Shown piece by piece: positions 1 through 9,295 of a DNA stretch of 64,000 nucleotides. A program made the translations under genes and the position numbers. The DNA comes from an uncultured Gemmatimonadales bacterium (GTDB taxonomy: Bacteria > Gemmatimonadota > Gemmatimonadetes > Gemmatimonadales > Gemmatimonadaceae), in assembly GCA_963701965.1 (NCBI GenBank), contig OY969695.1:1472001-1536000 (forward strand), written 5' to 3'. Positions within the stretch are counted from its first letter, which is position 1; each line of letters opens with the position of its first letter. Below the pieces are notes generated by a model that did no database searches, was not told the origin of the DNA, and worked only from the letters and a program-made list of their open reading frames with translations.

Positions 1-542
1 ACATAAGCCCGGACAAAGCCCTGCTTGCGCGCGGACTCGAACAACTCGCGGAACTCGCCTTTGCGGCCGCGGACGAGCGGGGCCAGAATCTCAATGCGCG
101 ACCCGCCCGGCCAGCCGAGGACGACATCGGCGATCTGCCCCGCGCTCTGACGCTCGACCGGCCGGCCGCAGCTCGAGCAATGGGGCGTCCCGGCCCGCGC
201 GTACAACAGTCGGAGATAGTCGTAGATCTCGGTGACGGTGCCGACCGTGGACCGTGGGTTGTGACCCGCCGTCTTCTGCTCGATCGCGATGGCCGGAGAC
301 AGGCCGTCGATCGAATCGACGTCGGGTTTCTCCATGAGACCGAGGAACTGCCGGGCGTACGCGGACAGCGATTCGACATACCGTCGCTGCCCCTCGGCGT
401 AGATGGTGTCGAACGCCAAGGAGGACTTGCCCGATCCGGAGAGCCCCGTGATGACGGTCAGCCGGTCGCGCGGGATCGTGACATCAATGTTGCGGAGGTT
501 GTGCTCCCGCGCACCGCGGATGACCAAGGCCTCTTCTGGCAT
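1..542 (-). CDS. uvrA: Excinuclease ABC subunit UvrA, N-terminal part (runs off window start)
   Basis: Not in ORF track. Manual translation from ATG at 542: [67 protein letters not shown]...[24 protein letters not shown], the classic UvrA N-terminus with Walker A. Confidence 0.97.
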   Translation of the reverse strand, partial: MPEEALVIRGAREHNLRNIDVTIPRDRLTVITGLSGSGKSSLAFDTIYAEGQRRYVESLSAYARQFLGLMEKPDVDSIDGLSPAIAIEQKTAGHNPRSTVGTVTEIYDYLRLLYARAGTPHCSSCGRPVERQSAGQIADVVLGWPGGSRIEILAPLVRGRKGEFRELFESARKQGFVRAY

Positions 543-638
543 AGCTCTATAAGGTCGCCGGACTCAGGGGCACGATGCAAGCAAAAGTGTCCGGCGCGTA
601 TATACATTCGTCATGTCAAAGTGGATCGGACGCGAGAC

Positions 639-1022
639 ATGACGGAATCAGACCCGGCCGAGCCCGTTGAAACAAGCGGCTCCGCGGAGACGACGGCGCG
701 GCAAGCGGCCGTTGACGCCGACGCATTCACCGAGCGCGGCATGTCACTCTGCCGGAAGGCGCGGTGGCGCAATGCGATCGAGCCACTCAAACGGGCCAGC
801 GAGCTCAATCCGTCGGATGGCCTCGCCTTCTATTATCTGGGCGACGCCTATAATCACACCGACCAACTCCCGGACGCGCTCTCGGCGTTCGAAACGGCGT
901 CCCAGTTGTTGAGTGAGAACTGGCGCGCGCTCAAAGGCGTCGGCATCGTCCTCGATCGCATGCGGCGCCCGCAAGAGGCGGCCGCGGCATACCAGAAGGC
1001 GCGCGACGCGCAGCGTCGCTGA
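639..1022 (+). CDS. Tetratricopeptide repeat protein
   Basis: C-terminal 127 aa of ORF 180..1022 with TPR-like helices (AFYYLGDAY...ALSAFETA, ALKGVGIVLDRM...AAAAYQKA). The upstream part is antisense to uvrA. Start is ATG 639 or GTG 621. Confidence 0.8.
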   Translation: MTESDPAEPVETSGSAETTARQAAVDADAFTERGMSLCRKARWRNAIEPLKRASELNPSDGLAFYYLGDAYNHTDQLPDALSAFETASQLLSENWRALKGVGIVLDRMRRPQEAAAAYQKARDAQRR

Positions 1023-1024
1023 CC

Positions 1025-1870
1025 ATGGTGTCGTCACGGCGGGTCGCGGCGGGCGCCGCGATCCTCTGCTGGGTCGGCGGGCTCGCGCTCCTCGCGCACC
1101 GCCAAGGGGCGGCCGCCGACACCGCGCACCAACTGGCCAATGCGGCCGCCCGCATCACCCCGGCGACGATCTACTACACGGTCGAGCGCAGCGGGCATCA
1201 GGTGGGCTTCGCGTCGTCGACGATCGATACGACCGCGAACACCATCACGTTCACAGACTACCTGTTGATCGGCAGCGCCGGGCGCCGGCTCACCGTCACG
1301 AACGCCGTCACGCTGTCGCGCGGGTTGGTCCTGCGCCGGGTCGAGGTGGCCGTCGACACGGGTACCGGCTGGCGCCGGGCCTCCGCCGAGCTCACCGCGG
1401 ACTCAATGTTGCACGTGGTCCCTGCCGTCGGGCCATCGCGGAGCGAGCGCGTCACCCGGGCACCGCTGGTCCCCGGTGTCGTCCCTCTCCTGATGGCACT
1501 GGGCGCGGGGCCGAAGGCCGGCGCCAGAGGGCAATACCGCGTCCTCGATGCCACCGCGGGCCGCTGGTCCCCGGTGACCTTCGCTCTCGCCGCCGAGTCC
1601 CTGTTCGTGGTCTCCGACAGCGCCGTTCTGGATTCGACCGCGCACGCGTGGCGCGCCGCGACGACCGACACCGTGCGGGCCTGGAAGATGGTGCCCGACC
1701 GCGCCGTGCTGACGGGCGCCAGTGCACTCGTGGCCTGGATCGACGACCAAGGGCGGATCGTCGATGCGTCCGTCAATGTGACCGGCGCCGGGCCGCTCAC
1801 GATCCGGCGCGCGGCCTACGAGATCGCCTACCGGAACTGGACCGACCGCCGCATAGACACGCGACCATGA
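1025..1870 (+). CDS. Hypothetical membrane-anchored beta-rich protein
   Basis: 281 aa with an N-terminal hydrophobic helix followed by beta-strand-like sequence. Packed between the TPR and ABC genes. Confidence 0.7.
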   Translation: MVSSRRVAAGAAILCWVGGLALLAHRQGAAADTAHQLANAAARITPATIYYTVERSGHQVGFASSTIDTTANTITFTDYLLIGSAGRRLTVTNAVTLSRGLVLRRVEVAVDTGTGWRRASAELTADSMLHVVPAVGPSRSERVTRAPLVPGVVPLLMALGAGPKAGARGQYRVLDATAGRWSPVTFALAAESLFVVSDSAVLDSTAHAWRAATTDTVRAWKMVPDRAVLTGASALVAWIDDQGRIVDASVNVTGAGPLTIRRAAYEIAYRNWTDRRIDTRP

Positions 1871-1880
1871 TTGCGCGACC

Positions 1881-2639
1881 ATGATCGAACTGGCCAGCCT
1901 CACGAAGCGCTACGGGGCGTTCACCGCCGTGGACCACGTCGATCTCACGGTGCCGCGCGGCGAGCTGTTCGGCTTTCTGGGACCGAACGGCGCGGGCAAG
2001 ACGACAACGCTGCGCTTGATCGCCGGCATCTTGCGGCCGACGGCCGGCACCGTGCGGATCGCCGGGCGCGACGTCACGCGCGACCCCGTCGCGGCCAAAT
2101 CGGTTCTCGGATTCATTCCCGACCGGCCCTTCATCTACGAGAAACTCACGGGCGCCGAGTTTCTCCGTTTCGTCGCCGGGCTTTTCGGACAGTCGGGCGC
2201 CGACGTAGAGCGTCGCGCGCGCGAGCTGTTGGCGCTGTTCGATCTGGAGGACTGGCGGGACGAGCTGGTGGAAAGCTACAGCCACGGCATGCGGCAGAAG
2301 CTCATCATCTCGAGCGCCTTCGTGCACCGGCCCGAGGTCATCGTCGTCGACGAGCCAATGGTGGGTCTCGATCCCCGGGCCGCGAAAACCCTCAAGCAGC
2401 TCTTTCGCGAGTACACCAATCGCGGACGCACGATCCTGATGTCCACGCACGCCCTGGAAGTGGCCGAGACGCTGTGCGATCGCATCGCCATTATGAACGG
2501 CGGAAAGATCCGGGCGTGCGGCACGATGGATGAGCTGCGCGCCGACGCGGTCGCGGGCGCGGCCGGGCTCGAGGATGTTTTTCTGCGCCTGACCGGCGAC
2601 GAGGCCGTTCGCGAGCTGCTCGGTGTCCTCGACACCTAA
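1881..2639 (+). CDS. ABC transporter ATP-binding protein
   Basis: Walker A GPNGAGKTT, signature YSHGMRQK, Walker B VIVVDEP, H-loop STH. Confidence 0.95.
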   Translation: MIELASLTKRYGAFTAVDHVDLTVPRGELFGFLGPNGAGKTTTLRLIAGILRPTAGTVRIAGRDVTRDPVAAKSVLGFIPDRPFIYEKLTGAEFLRFVAGLFGQSGADVERRARELLALFDLEDWRDELVESYSHGMRQKLIISSAFVHRPEVIVVDEPMVGLDPRAAKTLKQLFREYTNRGRTILMSTHALEVAETLCDRIAIMNGGKIRACGTMDELRADAVAGAAGLEDVFLRLTGDEAVRELLGVLDT

Positions 2640-4350
2640 CCCGCCGTCAGCGCTGGGCCAAGGGGCCCGGCTGCTGGCTCCCAAGTGGCTCACTCTCCGC
2701 GCGCGGGCCCGCGCCGGAGGCGCGCGCAGTGCGCGGCTGCTCGCGCTTGGTGGGCTGGGCGCGGCGTTTTGGGCGGGGATCTACGCGGTACTCTATCGGT
2801 TGCTGGCGTACTTCAAGAACGTGCCCGACATCGGCCCGCTCCTCGCGGGCAAGTTGCTCGGCACGTTACTGGTCGGATTCTTTTCGATCCTGCTCCTCTC
2901 GAACGTCGTGACGGCGCTGTCGACGTTCTTCCTGGCGCGGGACCTGGATCTGCTCGTCGGCGCACCCGTCGACTGGCTCGCCCTCTACACGGCGAAGCTG
3001 ACCGAGACCGTGATCAACTCCAGCTGGATGGTCGCGCTCATGGCGGCGCCCATCCTGACGGCGTACGGCGTGGTGTTTCGGGGCGGCCCCTGGTTTCCGC
3101 TCGTGGCGTTGGCGGCATTCGTTCCGTACTTGTTGCTGCCGGCGGCGATCGGGAGCGCCGTGACGCTGCTCCTGGTCAACGTCTTTCCGGCGCGCCGCAC
3201 GCGCGACATTCTGAGTGTGATCGCCGTCCTGGCCGCGGGCGGCGTGGCCGTGCTGTTCCGCGTGATGCGCCCGGAGCGCCTGGCCCGACCCGAAGGCTTT
3301 CGCTCCCTGGTCGAGTTCGTGTCGGTGCTACGAACGCCGACGTCCCCGTGGCTCCCCAGTGACTGGGTGCAGAACGCGCTCATGTCGTGGCTCACGGGAG
3401 CGCCGGACGCGCTGCCCTACTATCTCCTGTGGTCGACTGCCGCCGCGCTGTTCGTGCTGGGCGCCGGGCTGCACTGGTGGCTCTATCCCGCGGGCTTCAG
3501 CAAGGCCCAGGAGTCGAGCCGGCAGTTCGCCCGGAGCGACCTCGTGTCCCGCTTCGCGCGGCGCATCCTGGCCCCCGTCGGCGTGCGCCGCCGGGAGCTG
3601 ATCCTCAAGGAGCTCCGGGTCTTCTTCCGCGACAGCACGCAGTGGTCCCAGCTGATTCTGCTGGCGGTGCTCATCGTCGTCTATGTGTTCAACGTGAAGT
3701 TCTTGCCGCTCAATGACGATGGGGTCGGAGCGTTCCTGCGAAACGTCGTGCCGTTCTGCAACCTGCTGATCGCGGGATTCGTGCTGGCGTCGATCGCCGC
3801 GCGTTTCGTTTTTCCCGGTGTGAGCCTCGAAGGCCGAACGTTCTGGCTCCTCCGGGCAAGCCCGCTCCAGATGCGGGATCTGCTGTGGGCCAAGTTCTGG
3901 GTCGGCACGTTGCCGCTGCTGGTTCTGGCGCTCATCATCGTCGCCGTGACCGACGCGCTGCTGCAGGTCAACGGGTTCGTGTTCGCGGTGTCGGTGTTCA
4001 CGATCACCTTTCTGACGTTCGCCATCGCGGCGCTCGCGCTGTGCTTCGGGACGGTCTTTCCGCAGTTCGAGACGGAGAATGCGGCCCAGATCCCGACGTC
4101 GTTCGGGGGACTGGTGTTCATGATGGCGTCCGTGCTCGTCATCGGCGCCGTCGTCGTCCTCGAAGCGCGACCCGTCTACAACTATCTGAGCGCGCAAGCC
4201 GCCGGCACCCTCGGCTTTGTGGGGGACGACACGCGCGACGTGCGCGATCTCGTCATCGGATTCGGCCTCGCCGGCGCGCTCTGCGTCACGGCGACCCTGG
4301 TGCCGATCCGCGTCGCGCTCCGCCGGTTGGAGACTATCGAGCGGAGCTAG
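2623..4350 (+). CDS. Putative ABC exporter permease (multi-pass membrane protein)
   Basis: 575 aa with many TM segments in two halves. Overlaps the ATPase gene by 17 nt. Confidence 0.85.
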   Translation: MSSTPNPPSALGQGARLLAPKWLTLRARARAGGARSARLLALGGLGAAFWAGIYAVLYRLLAYFKNVPDIGPLLAGKLLGTLLVGFFSILLLSNVVTALSTFFLARDLDLLVGAPVDWLALYTAKLTETVINSSWMVALMAAPILTAYGVVFRGGPWFPLVALAAFVPYLLLPAAIGSAVTLLLVNVFPARRTRDILSVIAVLAAGGVAVLFRVMRPERLARPEGFRSLVEFVSVLRTPTSPWLPSDWVQNALMSWLTGAPDALPYYLLWSTAAALFVLGAGLHWWLYPAGFSKAQESSRQFARSDLVSRFARRILAPVGVRRRELILKELRVFFRDSTQWSQLILLAVLIVVYVFNVKFLPLNDDGVGAFLRNVVPFCNLLIAGFVLASIAARFVFPGVSLEGRTFWLLRASPLQMRDLLWAKFWVGTLPLLVLALIIVAVTDALLQVNGFVFAVSVFTITFLTFAIAALALCFGTVFPQFETENAAQIPTSFGGLVFMMASVLVIGAVVVLEARPVYNYLSAQAAGTLGFVGDDTRDVRDLVIGFGLAGALCVTATLVPIRVALRRLETIERS

Positions 4351-4735
4351 CCGGCGCGTACGTACCAAACGACCACACGTGGCCCTCAATGTCCCGGCAC
4401 GAGTATTCGCGCGAGCCATAGTCCTGGTCCGTGAGACCTCGCACGATCTCGGCGCCCGCGGCTTTGGCGCGCGCGAAGTGCGCGTCGGGATCCTCGACCA
4501 CGACGTAGATCGCCTGGGTGGAGGCGCCCAGCTGGCGCGGGCTCTTGATTTTCATATCGTCGTCGCGCGCCGTGCCGAGCATGATCATACCATCGCCGAG
4601 GCGGAGCTCGGCATGGGCCACGGTGCCGTCAGGATTGTCGTAGACGGCGTGGCGCTCGAACCCGAAGGCCCTCGACAGCCAATCGATCGCCCCAGCGGCG
4701 TCGCTGTACCGGAGAGCAGGAAAAATGTTGGTCAT
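4334..4735 (-). CDS. VOC/glyoxalase/bleomycin-resistance family protein
   Basis: AIDWLSRAFGF, AHAELRLGDGMIMLG, YGSREYSCRDIEGHVWSFG. Start at 4735 supported by TAGGAT 7 nt upstream. Confidence 0.9.
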   Translation of the reverse strand: MTNIFPALRYSDAAGAIDWLSRAFGFERHAVYDNPDGTVAHAELRLGDGMIMLGTARDDDMKIKSPRQLGASTQAIYVVVEDPDAHFARAKAAGAEIVRGLTDQDYGSREYSCRDIEGHVWSFGTYAPASSAR

Positions 4736-4745
4736 GCCGTGCATC

Positions 4746-5559
4746 CTAGCGGGTGGCCGGCGACAAGTCTTGGACGAATGTTACCGGCGTCACGCCGGCG
4801 AGCTCGTGGAAGTCGCGGATCAGATGGGCTTGGTCGTAGTAGCCGCAGGCCAAGGCCAAATCCGTCCAGTCAATGGCGTTCCCTGCCCGGAGCGCGCGCA
4901 CCGCACGATCGAACCGCAGGACGCGGGCGCACATCTTGGGCGTGAGCCCGATGTATTCCCGGAACTGGACGGCGAGAATGCTTGCGGCTCCAACCCACAT
5001 CGCGCGACAGAACGCCGATCGTCGCTCGCCCATCGGTCTCGCGGAGCGCGCGCCACACGCGCGCGACGGCGATGGGAATGTCCGGTGCGCGGGTGAGCCG
5101 ACGCATGAACACGTGGTCCAGTATGGCAAAACGGGTCGACCAGTCGGGCGCGTCATAGAGACGCTCCGTCAACTCGACGGCTTCGGCGCCAAGGATGTCG
5201 TCCAACGCCACCGCGCGATCGGTCAGCTCGCGCATAGGGAGCCCCAGGATCCGACAGGCGCCGGCGGGCGTGAGATCGATCTGGATGCAATAGAAGGCGC
5301 CGGTGGTTGCCGCGGTCGCATACCGCGAATGCATCCCCGCGACGAAACCGCGCGGGAAGGCGACGGGGACGTGGCGGCCCTCCGGCGTGCCAATCACGAA
5401 CGGTGCGCCGAAGTTCACGATCAAGGGCACGATCGTGGTTGGCACTTCGCGCGCGCTCCACGGGACCGACGCCGCGCGGCGACTCCCCTGGTACTCGACA
5501 ACGTAGGGACGCAATGGGACCGCGGGACGGCGACGAATTTGCTCCCACGCGGCGGACAT
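4746..5559 (-). pseudogene. AraC-family transcriptional regulator with a +1 frameshift at about 4977 (likely sequencing error)
   Basis: MSAAWEQ... continues to DVGWSRKH. Removing one base at 4977/4978 joins it to LAVQFREYIGLTPKMCARVLRF...LALACGYYDQAHLIRDFHELAGVTP (AraC HTH). Confidence 0.85.
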
Positions 5560-6020
5560 CAGGCCGCCAGCGCCGCTCCGCAACCCGCGCAATAGCGCGC
5601 CGCCGGCTCGGTGACCGGTGCGCCGCACTCGGCGCAGGCGCCAGCCAGGTGCCGGCCGCATTCACTGCAGTATGCGGCATCGCGCTCCGGGCGGGCGCCG
5701 TGGAGCGGACAGCTCGGGCGACTCAGGCGATACGCCAAGATCGCCATTTCCGCCGCGTCCGGCGCGGCCGAGGGGCGGGCGCGCAGTTCGACGAGCGCGC
5801 GCTCGGTGTAGCCGAGTTTGAGCGACGCGTAGTCGGCGTCCGAGAGCTTTCCGGTCTGACGGTCGAATTCGATCTCGCGGAGCGCGTCGATCGCGCTGCT
5901 CTCCGGCGGCGCCTGCGGCGCCAGCCGCCGCGCGCGCGCCGGGGGCGCGACGAGGATCGGGTACAGCACGAATGCTAGTCCCAAGACCGCCAGCACCATG
6001 CCGATCAGGAGCGCCGACAC
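5559..6020 (-). CDS. CcmI-like N-terminal membrane domain plus zinc-ribbon protein
   Basis: GTG start at 6020. TM helix, then ALREIEFDRQTGKLSDADY (CcmI-like), then CPLHG, CSECG, CAECG and CAGCG knuckles. Confidence 0.7.
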   Translation of the reverse strand: MSALLIGMVLAVLGLAFVLYPILVAPPARARRLAPQAPPESSAIDALREIEFDRQTGKLSDADYASLKLGYTERALVELRARPSAAPDAAEMAILAYRLSRPSCPLHGARPERDAAYCSECGRHLAGACAECGAPVTEPAARYCAGCGAALAA

Positions 6021-6021
6021 C

Positions 6022-6615
6022 TCAGTCGTCCCGGCGCACGGCGTCTTGGAGCCGGCGCAACTCGTCGTCGGTGGCGTCAACGCGCGTGGGCGCCGGCGCC
6101 GCAGGCGTCGGGCGCGAGCGCCAACGGGTGATCAATACGGCGACGCCGATGGCGCCGGCGGCGAGGACCAGGGACGGGGTGAGATAGCCGGCCCAGTTGA
6201 AGCCCACACGCGGCGGTGACATCAGGACCTTGTCGCCGTAGGCATCGCGAAACGCGGCGACGATTTCGTCGGCCGAGTAGCCGCCGGCGACGAGGGCCAT
6301 GACGTCGTGGTGCATGGCGGGCGACACCGGACAGGTGAAGTCGGTCGTGCGACAGGTGTACACGTCGAGCGTACAGCCGCACTGACAGTGCAGGCGGTGC
6401 TCGAGGGCGTCGCGCGCGTCGGCGGTCATCGACGACGACGCTCCCGCCTTCGGCGGTCGCGTCACCGCGTGATAGGCCTCCTCGTCCATCGGGCCCGACA
6501 TCGTGCGGCGGGCTTCCTGCGCCGCGAGTGGCGTTGCCAACGCGAGCGGCGTTGACAGGACCAGTGGCGTTGCCAAGCTGCTCGAGAGCGTGACAAAAAA
6601 AGCGCGACGGTCCAT
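6022..6615 (-). CDS. ccmH: Cytochrome c biogenesis protein, CcmH/NrfF-like
   Basis: ATG coupled to the ccmF stop (TGATG). LEHRLHCQCGC...GYSADEIVAAFRDAYGDKVLMSPPRVGFNWAGYLTP matches the CcmH pattern, with a C-terminal TM. Confidence 0.8.
   Translation of the reverse strand: MDRRAFFVTLSSSLATPLVLSTPLALATPLAAQEARRTMSGPMDEEAYHAVTRPPKAGASSSMTADARDALEHRLHCQCGCTLDVYTCRTTDFTCPVSPAMHHDVMALVAGGYSADEIVAAFRDAYGDKVLMSPPRVGFNWAGYLTPSLVLAAGAIGVAVLITRWRSRPTPAAPAPTRVDATDDELRRLQDAVRRDD
6527..6576. repeat. Imperfect 18-bp tandem repeat (about 3 units) in the ccmH signal region
   Basis: agtggcgttgccaacgcg / agcggcgttgacaggacc / agtggcgttgccaa, encoding LATPLVLSTPLALATPL. Confidence 0.7.
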
Positions 6616-8630
6616 CAGGACACCGCTGCGGGTTCCAGAACGGTCTGATACCCGCTGCGCGCGCGCGCGCGATCGGCTTGTGGCCACATGACGATCAGCC
6701 CGCCGAGTGCCATGATCAAGCCACCGTACCACACCCACCACACCAGTGGATTGAACGTGATCCGGATCTCGGCCGTATCTTCGTTCGTCGCGCCGGCGAG
6801 GACGACGTACACGTCCTGGGCGAGACCTTCCTGGATGCCGACGGCCGTCGACGGCTCGAACGTGCCGTTGCCTCGGCTGTCGAAGTGCTGCCGTTTCTCC
6901 GTCTCGATGAGTGGCATCGGCTTGCCGTCCCGCGTGGGCTTGAGCGTGACGGCCACCACGTGCCGGTTGAGTTGATCGAACGATGACAACCCCTGGCTGA
7001 CGAACCGCCAGTGATGCCCGTACGGGTCCACCGTCTCGAACGCCTCACCCGTATGCAGCGTCACGTCGTTCTCGCGCTTGAACGCCAATCCGGCGAATGC
7101 GCAAAACAGGATGACGACGCCGGCATGCACGATATACCCGCCATACCGCCGGCGATTCCGCCCAATGAGGCGGACGAACGCCACGATGACGGACTCGTCA
7201 TACATGCGCTGTCGCGCCGTCACGCCCTTGTAGAACTCCTGCACGATCGTGCCGGCCACGAATGCCGCCAGCGTGTAGGCGACGACCGCGTGCCATTCCC
7301 GCATGCCGCCGGCCAACAGGAGGGCCGCGGCCGACAGACCGGTGAAGACCGGCATCGCGAATTGCCGGCGCAGGTTCGCGCTCGATGCCCGCCGCCAGGC
7401 GATGAGCGGGCCGACCCCGGTCAGCGCCAGGAGCAGAAGTCCGAGCGGAATGTTGACCGCGTTGAAGAACGGCGGCCCGACCGTGATCTTGGACCCCCGC
7501 ACGGCCTCGCTCAGGATCGGGAAGAGCGTCCCCCACAACACGGAGAACGCGATGCCCACCAGCACCAGGTTGTTATAGAGAAAGGCGGCCTCGCGGCTCA
7601 CCATGCTCTCCAACTCGGCCGTCGCCTCGAGGTCCTTGAGCCGGGTCGCGACGAGATAGGCCGTCACGACCACCGAGATCGTCAGCAAGGCGGCGAACCA
7701 GGTCCCGACCGGCGACTGCGCGAACGAATGCACGCTGGAAATCACGCCGCTCCGCGTAATGAACGTGCCCAGGATCGCCAGCAGAAACGTGGACACGACC
7801 AGCACGACATTCCACTTGCGGAGCATGCCCCGCTTTTCCTGGATCATGATCGAATGCAGGAACGCGGTGCCCGTCAGCCACGGCAGGAGCGACGCGTTCT
7901 CCACCGGATCCCAGGCCCAGTACCCACCCCAACCCAGCTCGACGTAGGCCCACCACATGCCGAGCGTGATGCCGATGGTGAGAAAGAACCACGACACCAG
8001 GGACCAGCGGCGCACCGCGGCCAACCATTCCGCGTCCAGCCGGCGCGTAATGAGCGCCGCGATCGCGAACGCGAACGGGATCGTCGTCGCCACGTAGCCC
8101 AAGTAGAGATTGGGCGGGTGGATCGCCATGCCCGGATTCTGCAGCTGCGGATTCATCCCGTTGCCGTCGGCCGGCGTCCAGTCGAGCCGCTCGAACGGGT
8201 TGGCGCCGAAGCACAACGTCGCCAGAAAGAACAGCATCACCGCCGCCAGGGTCCCGGCGACGTACGGCATGAGCACGGCGTTCTTTCGGCGATTCGTCCA
8301 CAGGGCGATCGCCGAGTACGTGCTCAGCACCAGACACCAAAACAGCATCGACCCCGCTTGCCCGGCCCAAAACGCCGTCAGCGTGTACACCGCGGGCAGG
8401 TTGGCGCTCGTATGCGAGGCGACGTATTTGATCGAGAAGTCGTGCGTGAGCAGCGCGGTCCAGAGGCCCAGGGCCGCCAACACCACGAATCCCCACGTCG
8501 CGTAGACCCCGCGCACCCCGCTCGCCACCAAGTCGCGGCGCCGCAACGCGCCGCCGGCAAACGACACGATCATCGCCCAGGCGGCCACCAGGAGGCCAAC
8601 CCAGAGCGACAGCTCCCCAATCAGGATCAT
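6615..8630 (-). CDS. ccmF: Heme lyase CcmF
   Basis: WWD domain WGGYWAWDPVENASLLPWL, NPQLQNPGMAIHPP, FITRSGVISSVHSFA; 671 aa multi-TM. Confidence 0.97.
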   Translation of the reverse strand: MILIGELSLWVGLLVAAWAMIVSFAGGALRRRDLVASGVRGVYATWGFVVLAALGLWTALLTHDFSIKYVASHTSANLPAVYTLTAFWAGQAGSMLFWCLVLSTYSAIALWTNRRKNAVLMPYVAGTLAAVMLFFLATLCFGANPFERLDWTPADGNGMNPQLQNPGMAIHPPNLYLGYVATTIPFAFAIAALITRRLDAEWLAAVRRWSLVSWFFLTIGITLGMWWAYVELGWGGYWAWDPVENASLLPWLTGTAFLHSIMIQEKRGMLRKWNVVLVVSTFLLAILGTFITRSGVISSVHSFAQSPVGTWFAALLTISVVVTAYLVATRLKDLEATAELESMVSREAAFLYNNLVLVGIAFSVLWGTLFPILSEAVRGSKITVGPPFFNAVNIPLGLLLLALTGVGPLIAWRRASSANLRRQFAMPVFTGLSAAALLLAGGMREWHAVVAYTLAAFVAGTIVQEFYKGVTARQRMYDESVIVAFVRLIGRNRRRYGGYIVHAGVVILFCAFAGLAFKRENDVTLHTGEAFETVDPYGHHWRFVSQGLSSFDQLNRHVVAVTLKPTRDGKPMPLIETEKRQHFDSRGNGTFEPSTAVGIQEGLAQDVYVVLAGATNEDTAEIRITFNPLVWWVWYGGLIMALGGLIVMWPQADRARARSGYQTVLEPAAVS

Positions 8631-9067
8631 GTGGCCCGCTGCTGGTAACCAGGCGTCTGGCGATACTTGGCCGGCGCGTTTTCATACCGGGACGCGCATT
8701 TCGCCAACAACGTCGTCGCCCGGAACGTGCCGTCGCGCCCCAACCGTCCCTCGACGACGACATCGACGCCGTCGGCGAACGTGTCCGGTGTCAACCCGCG
8801 GTAGACCACCGGATACGTCCGCGCGCCGTCCGAGACACGGAATGCGACCTCCCGGCCGCCCGGGTCGCGGGTGATCGAGCCCGGCACCACGCGGGCGCCC
8901 ACCTTGACGCCGGTCTCGACGAACGAGGGATCCTTGGCCACGCGCGTCGCCAATTCCTGGGGCGTCAGGTAGTACTCGCCGGTCTGCTGGATGGCGTTCG
9001 CCATCAGGTAGCCCGCACCGCCGAGGATACACAGGCCGCCCACGAGCCATTTCGTGCGGGGATGCAT
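8627..9067 (-). CDS. ccmE: Heme chaperone CcmE (CxxxY variant)
   Basis: N-terminal TM, YYLTPQE, PDTFADGVDVVVEG, LLAKCASRY (Cys in place of the canonical His). ATGA overlap with ccmF. Confidence 0.93.
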   Translation of the reverse strand: MHPRTKWLVGGLCILGGAGYLMANAIQQTGEYYLTPQELATRVAKDPSFVETGVKVGARVVPGSITRDPGGREVAFRVSDGARTYPVVYRGLTPDTFADGVDVVVEGRLGRDGTFRATTLLAKCASRYENAPAKYRQTPGYQQRAT

Positions 9068-9072
9068 CGTGC

Positions 9073-9279
9073 CTACTCCTTCGTCGACTTCGTCGCGGCC
9101 TGACGGACGCGCGCCATGATCGCTTCCAGCTCGCGCTCCGCCTGGGCCCGCTCTTCCTGGGTCCAGGCGCCGGTCAACCGGCGAAAATCCCGAACGCGTT
9201 CCAGCATTTCATCGATTACCGCGCGCAACTCCAGATTCGCGCGGCGTTCGCTTGGTTGCTCCGATGGGCGATTAGCCAT
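9073..9279 (-). CDS. Small helical hypothetical protein (68 aa)
   Basis: MANRPSEQ...RQAATKSTKE. TATATT 8 nt upstream of ATG 9279. Fills the glpK-ccmE gap. Confidence 0.7.
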   Translation of the reverse strand: MANRPSEQPSERRANLELRAVIDEMLERVRDFRRLTGAWTQEERAQAERELEAIMARVRQAATKSTKE

Positions 9280-9295
9280 GCCCGAACAATATAGA

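Noticed and set aside
180..638. N-terminal 153 aa of ORF 180..1022
   Set aside because: Mostly the antisense shadow of uvrA; the real TPR protein starts near 621-639.
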